A program made the position numbers and the translations under genes. The notes under the pieces are model-generated. The model made no database searches. It worked only from the letters and a program-made list of their open reading frames with translations, and was not told where the DNA came from. A DNA stretch of 64,000 nt from a virus, in the IMG/VR virus record IMGVR_UViG_3300002231_001563, positions 1 to 64,000 of that record; one strand, given 5' to 3'. Position 1 is the stretch's first letter; each line of letters opens with the position of its first letter. Of this stretch, positions 61,028-64,000 are shown one piece after another.

Positions 61028-63480
61028 TGGCTGATAGTACTAAAAGTTATAAAACAAGAAACTCCGACCCCCTCTTTGAGGCCGCAGAATCTTCCTCGGA
61101 AGTGAAAACTGCCTATTCTACTGCGATCTCCAATCTTTCGACTGCTAATTTCATACAACTCAGACAAACCCTTAAATTTACCCAAACTGCGGCCTTTGAT
61201 GATAGCAATCAAACGTGGGAGGAATATGTTAAGGGAAATTTTGAAGATTACATCAACCAACACAGCTCCCCCACCGCCTCTATCCGCGATATCACTTTTA
61301 CACGCCCTGTTCCTTCTGTAATAAAGGACTTTTCTCCTTTTGTGGATCAGTTGGTAGGGATAAATGAGGTAAAAGAGGAGTTTGTAATTAATTTTTTAGA
61401 GCAAAAATATGAATCTGCCATTGCATCTTCAAATGTGGAAGAAACGTCGCTCCCTAATTTTTATCAAACTTTGGAGGACCTCGGTTCCGTGACCGATTCT
61501 TATTTTGATAAATATGCGGATAATATCCCTCCGGCAGACACGCGCTATGAAAATATTATGATTCCCATGGACAACTATAAAGAGCTGGGTCAATGGAATA
61601 ATTGGGCCCCCGTTTTCCCCCTAGAAACTCGGCTAAGCCCCATTAATGCTTCGATAGTGGGCCCCACCGAAGTTATAACTGCTCTCGATAAGTCTAATTT
61701 AGACTGCCTGTTGATGAAAACATCCTTTTTGATGGATGGTCGATTTGAACAAGGGGAATTGGAAAGTGTCCTTCCCTTTGAATATGCTACTCTTGAAATG
61801 ACCCAAACTTATTCCGACGGAGCCCTTTCGGCCCAAGTAATAAGTCGATCTCTTTTAGATTTGCTCGGATGGTCTCGTGATGTGGTAAATATTTCTCACG
61901 CGTTGAGTGCTGATAAGGTGATCACTAACGCCATTCCTCAAAATAAAATTTATTTAGGACCCAACAATCAGGCCATCACGGTGGCCGAAAACAAAGGAAG
62001 TGATTTGGAGAAGATTTTAGCTTCCGCCTCCTTCCTTATGAATCTAAAATCTATTATCCCAGGAAAAGCGCGCTCTTATGAGGATTTGGTGGCCAAAAAA
62101 GAGAGCTATAGTGAAATATTATTTTATAAAATAGAAAAAAGATCCTCCGTCGACGCTTATTATCCGGTTCAAACTATCTGGATCCCAAACATTCCGCAGA
62201 TAAATCCCCTTGAATATATCGATACCCAAGTTAAATATAATAAAACCTATTATTATAGAGTATTTGCCTACAATATGGTAGTAGGAACAAAATATTATTA
62301 CGATGCGAGTACGTTTGAGGCCTCATATGATTCCACCACCGTGATTGATTATGTGGCCGGCCCTGACCCCCACACCTCAGTCTCAGATCTGGCCCCGGTA
62401 TCGACTACCACGGGTGGTGTTCCTAATGTGGGATATAGCGTCGGAACGACGCAAAATTTACAGCAAAGCGGCATCGTCACTACCAATCCAAATTTGGGAG
62501 CAGGACTTGGTTTTGATCCTTATGGGCAAAAACTCGGCGCCATAAATGCTTCGGGCTTCAAGCCTCTGCAAACTAACCAGAGTGCCCCACCACCCGTAGA
62601 TTTAACCTCTGTCGCTCACCCTTTCTTTAAGGTGGGCGTCGTGTGTGAGCCAACCGTTGACCTCATTAGGACAGAGTTTTTTGATTTTCATGGAACTATT
62701 TTAGATGATCCCCCTATGATACCCGATGTGAATTTTATTTCGTATGTTGATGTTGACAACACTATTACGGTGGACATGAGGGCTCAAATAGGCGAATATA
62801 AAGGTCCCGCAGTTATTCTAAATTCCTCGGAAGCCCAATACATTGATGATTTGAGAAGCGTGAGGGGCCTAAGTTCATCTGATTTAATAACGTATCGAAC
62901 GGATGACGAAATCGCCTCGTTTGAAATTTATCGATGCGATACTTTGCCAACGTCCTATAATGATTTTTCTTCCAAATTACGAGATACAACTTCTACTTTA
63001 CAAAGAAGTGATTTTGATCTTATTTATTCGTGGAGTTCGTCGTATGAGGACAAGATCGAGCCCAACAAGATATATTATTATATGATTCGGGCTGTCGATA
63101 TCCATGGCCACAAGTCTTTTCCGTCACCGGTTTACAAGGTGACGCTCGTTAATGACTCTGGGGCTATTTACCCCCTCATCGATACAATTGAGATTAAACC
63201 TCCCCCCAAATCACAACAAAAAACAAAGAGTTTTAAAAAATTCCTTCAATTAGTGCCGAATGTGGCACAAGTGATGGTGGATTATGAGGCGGGGATTAAA
63301 GACTCTGCAGGGCTGATGCCCTCATCGGCTTTCGGCCATGAAGAGGATATTGAATTGGGGGTTGTAGCTCCCAAATTATTTGGAAAACCCGGTCGAACTT
63401 TTAAAGTGCGGCTGGTATCCAAAAATACTGGAAAGAAGCTAGATTTGAATATTACGTTTAACGTAGAAAATGAATTGTAA
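61027..63480 (+). CDS. Structural protein with fibronectin-III-like motifs, 817 aa
   Basis: VKYNKTYYYRVFAYN and IEPNKIYYYMIRAVDIHG. Confidence 0.65.
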   Translation: MADSTKSYKTRNSDPLFEAAESSSEVKTAYSTAISNLSTANFIQLRQTLKFTQTAAFDDSNQTWEEYVKGNFEDYINQHSSPTASIRDITFTRPVPSVIKDFSPFVDQLVGINEVKEEFVINFLEQKYESAIASSNVEETSLPNFYQTLEDLGSVTDSYFDKYADNIPPADTRYENIMIPMDNYKELGQWNNWAPVFPLETRLSPINASIVGPTEVITALDKSNLDCLLMKTSFLMDGRFEQGELESVLPFEYATLEMTQTYSDGALSAQVISRSLLDLLGWSRDVVNISHALSADKVITNAIPQNKIYLGPNNQAITVAENKGSDLEKILASASFLMNLKSIIPGKARSYEDLVAKKESYSEILFYKIEKRSSVDAYYPVQTIWIPNIPQINPLEYIDTQVKYNKTYYYRVFAYNMVVGTKYYYDASTFEASYDSTTVIDYVAGPDPHTSVSDLAPVSTTTGGVPNVGYSVGTTQNLQQSGIVTTNPNLGAGLGFDPYGQKLGAINASGFKPLQTNQSAPPPVDLTSVAHPFFKVGVVCEPTVDLIRTEFFDFHGTILDDPPMIPDVNFISYVDVDNTITVDMRAQIGEYKGPAVILNSSEAQYIDDLRSVRGLSSSDLITYRTDDEIASFEIYRCDTLPTSYNDFSSKLRDTTSTLQRSDFDLIYSWSSSYEDKIEPNKIYYYMIRAVDIHGHKSFPSPVYKVTLVNDSGAIYPLIDTIEIKPPPKSQQKTKSFKKFLQLVPNVAQVMVDYEAGIKDSAGLMPSSAFGHEEDIELGVVAPKLFGKPGRTFKVRLVSKNTGKKLDLNITFNVENEL

Positions 63481-63512
63481 ATTTTAATTATTGTATTTTT
63501 TAATTATATAAT

Positions 63513-63522
63513 ACTATTTATA
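63513..63522 (+). promoter_or_regulatory. Putative late-promoter motif ACTATTTATA
   Basis: AT-rich gap, immediately before AGGAGAG RBS of 63542. Confidence 0.5.
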
Positions 63523-63541
63523 AGGAGAGAGGAGAACACCT

Positions 63542-64000
63542 ATGGCGTTTTTAGATAACAGCGGCGATATTATATTAGACGCCGTTTTAACAGACACAGG
63601 CCGCAAGAGAATGGCTAGAGGAGACGGGACTTTTCGCGTAATGAAATTTGCCCTCGGAGATGACGAGATTAATTATGGAACCTATAATGGTTCGGCACCA
63701 GCCGGACAAAAAGATTTGCAAATTCTTCAGACTCCTATTTTGGAGGCGTTCACGAATAACACCTCTATGATGCATTCTTATCTACAAACATACACTAATA
63801 ATACTTCTCACCTATATTTGCCGGTAATGAAATTAAATCAATTAGCCGCCGGCCGTACTTTTAATACTCAATTTAAGAGTTATATGGTGGCCGTTGATAA
63901 AAACACCGCCATCGGCCTGGGAACTGCCACAACCGCAGCCGGAACTCCAGGGCAATGGGTCCCCACTCAAGACGGTATCCTATACGGCTTTAACCCATCC
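63542..64000 (+). CDS. Structural protein, partial (runs off window), tail-collar/DUF3751-like N-terminus
   Basis: Manual translation MAFLDNSGDIILDAVLTDTGRKRMARGDGTFRVMKFALGDDEINY...; open to 64000; absent from ORF track. Confidence 0.8.
   Translation, partial: MAFLDNSGDIILDAVLTDTGRKRMARGDGTFRVMKFALGDDEINYGTYNGSAPAGQKDLQILQTPILEAFTNNTSMMHSYLQTYTNNTSHLYLPVMKLNQLAAGRTFNTQFKSYMVAVDKNTAIGLGTATTAAGTPGQWVPTQDGILYGFNPS

Noticed and set aside
427-63775. Minus-strand and nested short ORFs in the ORF track (e.g. 427..783, 11635..11955, 19139..19597, 60913..61263)
   Set aside because: They lie antisense to or inside well-supported + strand genes and lack RBS or motifs; most likely shadow ORFs.
1-64000. 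Stop-codon reassignment
   Set aside because: Coding density is high under code 11 with ORFs up to ~10 kb, and TAG and TGA end genes exactly where the next begins (e.g. 3644, 32785). The single in-frame TGA at 103 is not enough evidence.

Overview
This 64 kb window is part of a large, AT-rich myovirus-type bacteriophage genome. All supported genes are on the + strand, the standard code 11 fits, and the window has four blocks. (1) 1-10.9 kb: putative head/internal and fibre proteins, including a zincin, two paralogous beta-rich proteins, a 1109-aa LamG protein, a Lys/Ala-rich basic protein and an RNA-ligase-like/HIGH-nucleotidyltransferase fusion. (2) 10.9-18.9 kb: a sigma70-promoter-driven accessory block with a G-free repeat array ahead of a Fis-like HTH gene, a candidate structured RNA, an LpxH/PlcP-like phosphoesterase, a fatty-acid hydroxylase, tRNA(CAU), tRNA-Arg(UCU), ClpP, a cytidylyltransferase, PIN-PhoH and a Cas4-like nuclease. 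(3) 18.9-30.9 kb: a nearly complete pseudaminic-acid-like (nonulosonic acid) biosynthesis, tailoring and transfer cluster. (4) 31-64 kb: a phage sigma-like factor, a DUF3380-like muramidase, a spike, gp25- and gp6-like baseplate genes and very large structural proteins of 2186 and ~3470 aa. The best candidates for new biology are the phage-encoded nonulosonic-acid glycosylation system with Maf/DUF115-like transferases, the ligase-nucleotidyltransferase fusion, and the promoter/iteron/Fis-HTH/structured-RNA switch region. All family assignments come from motif recognition by eye; no database searches were run.
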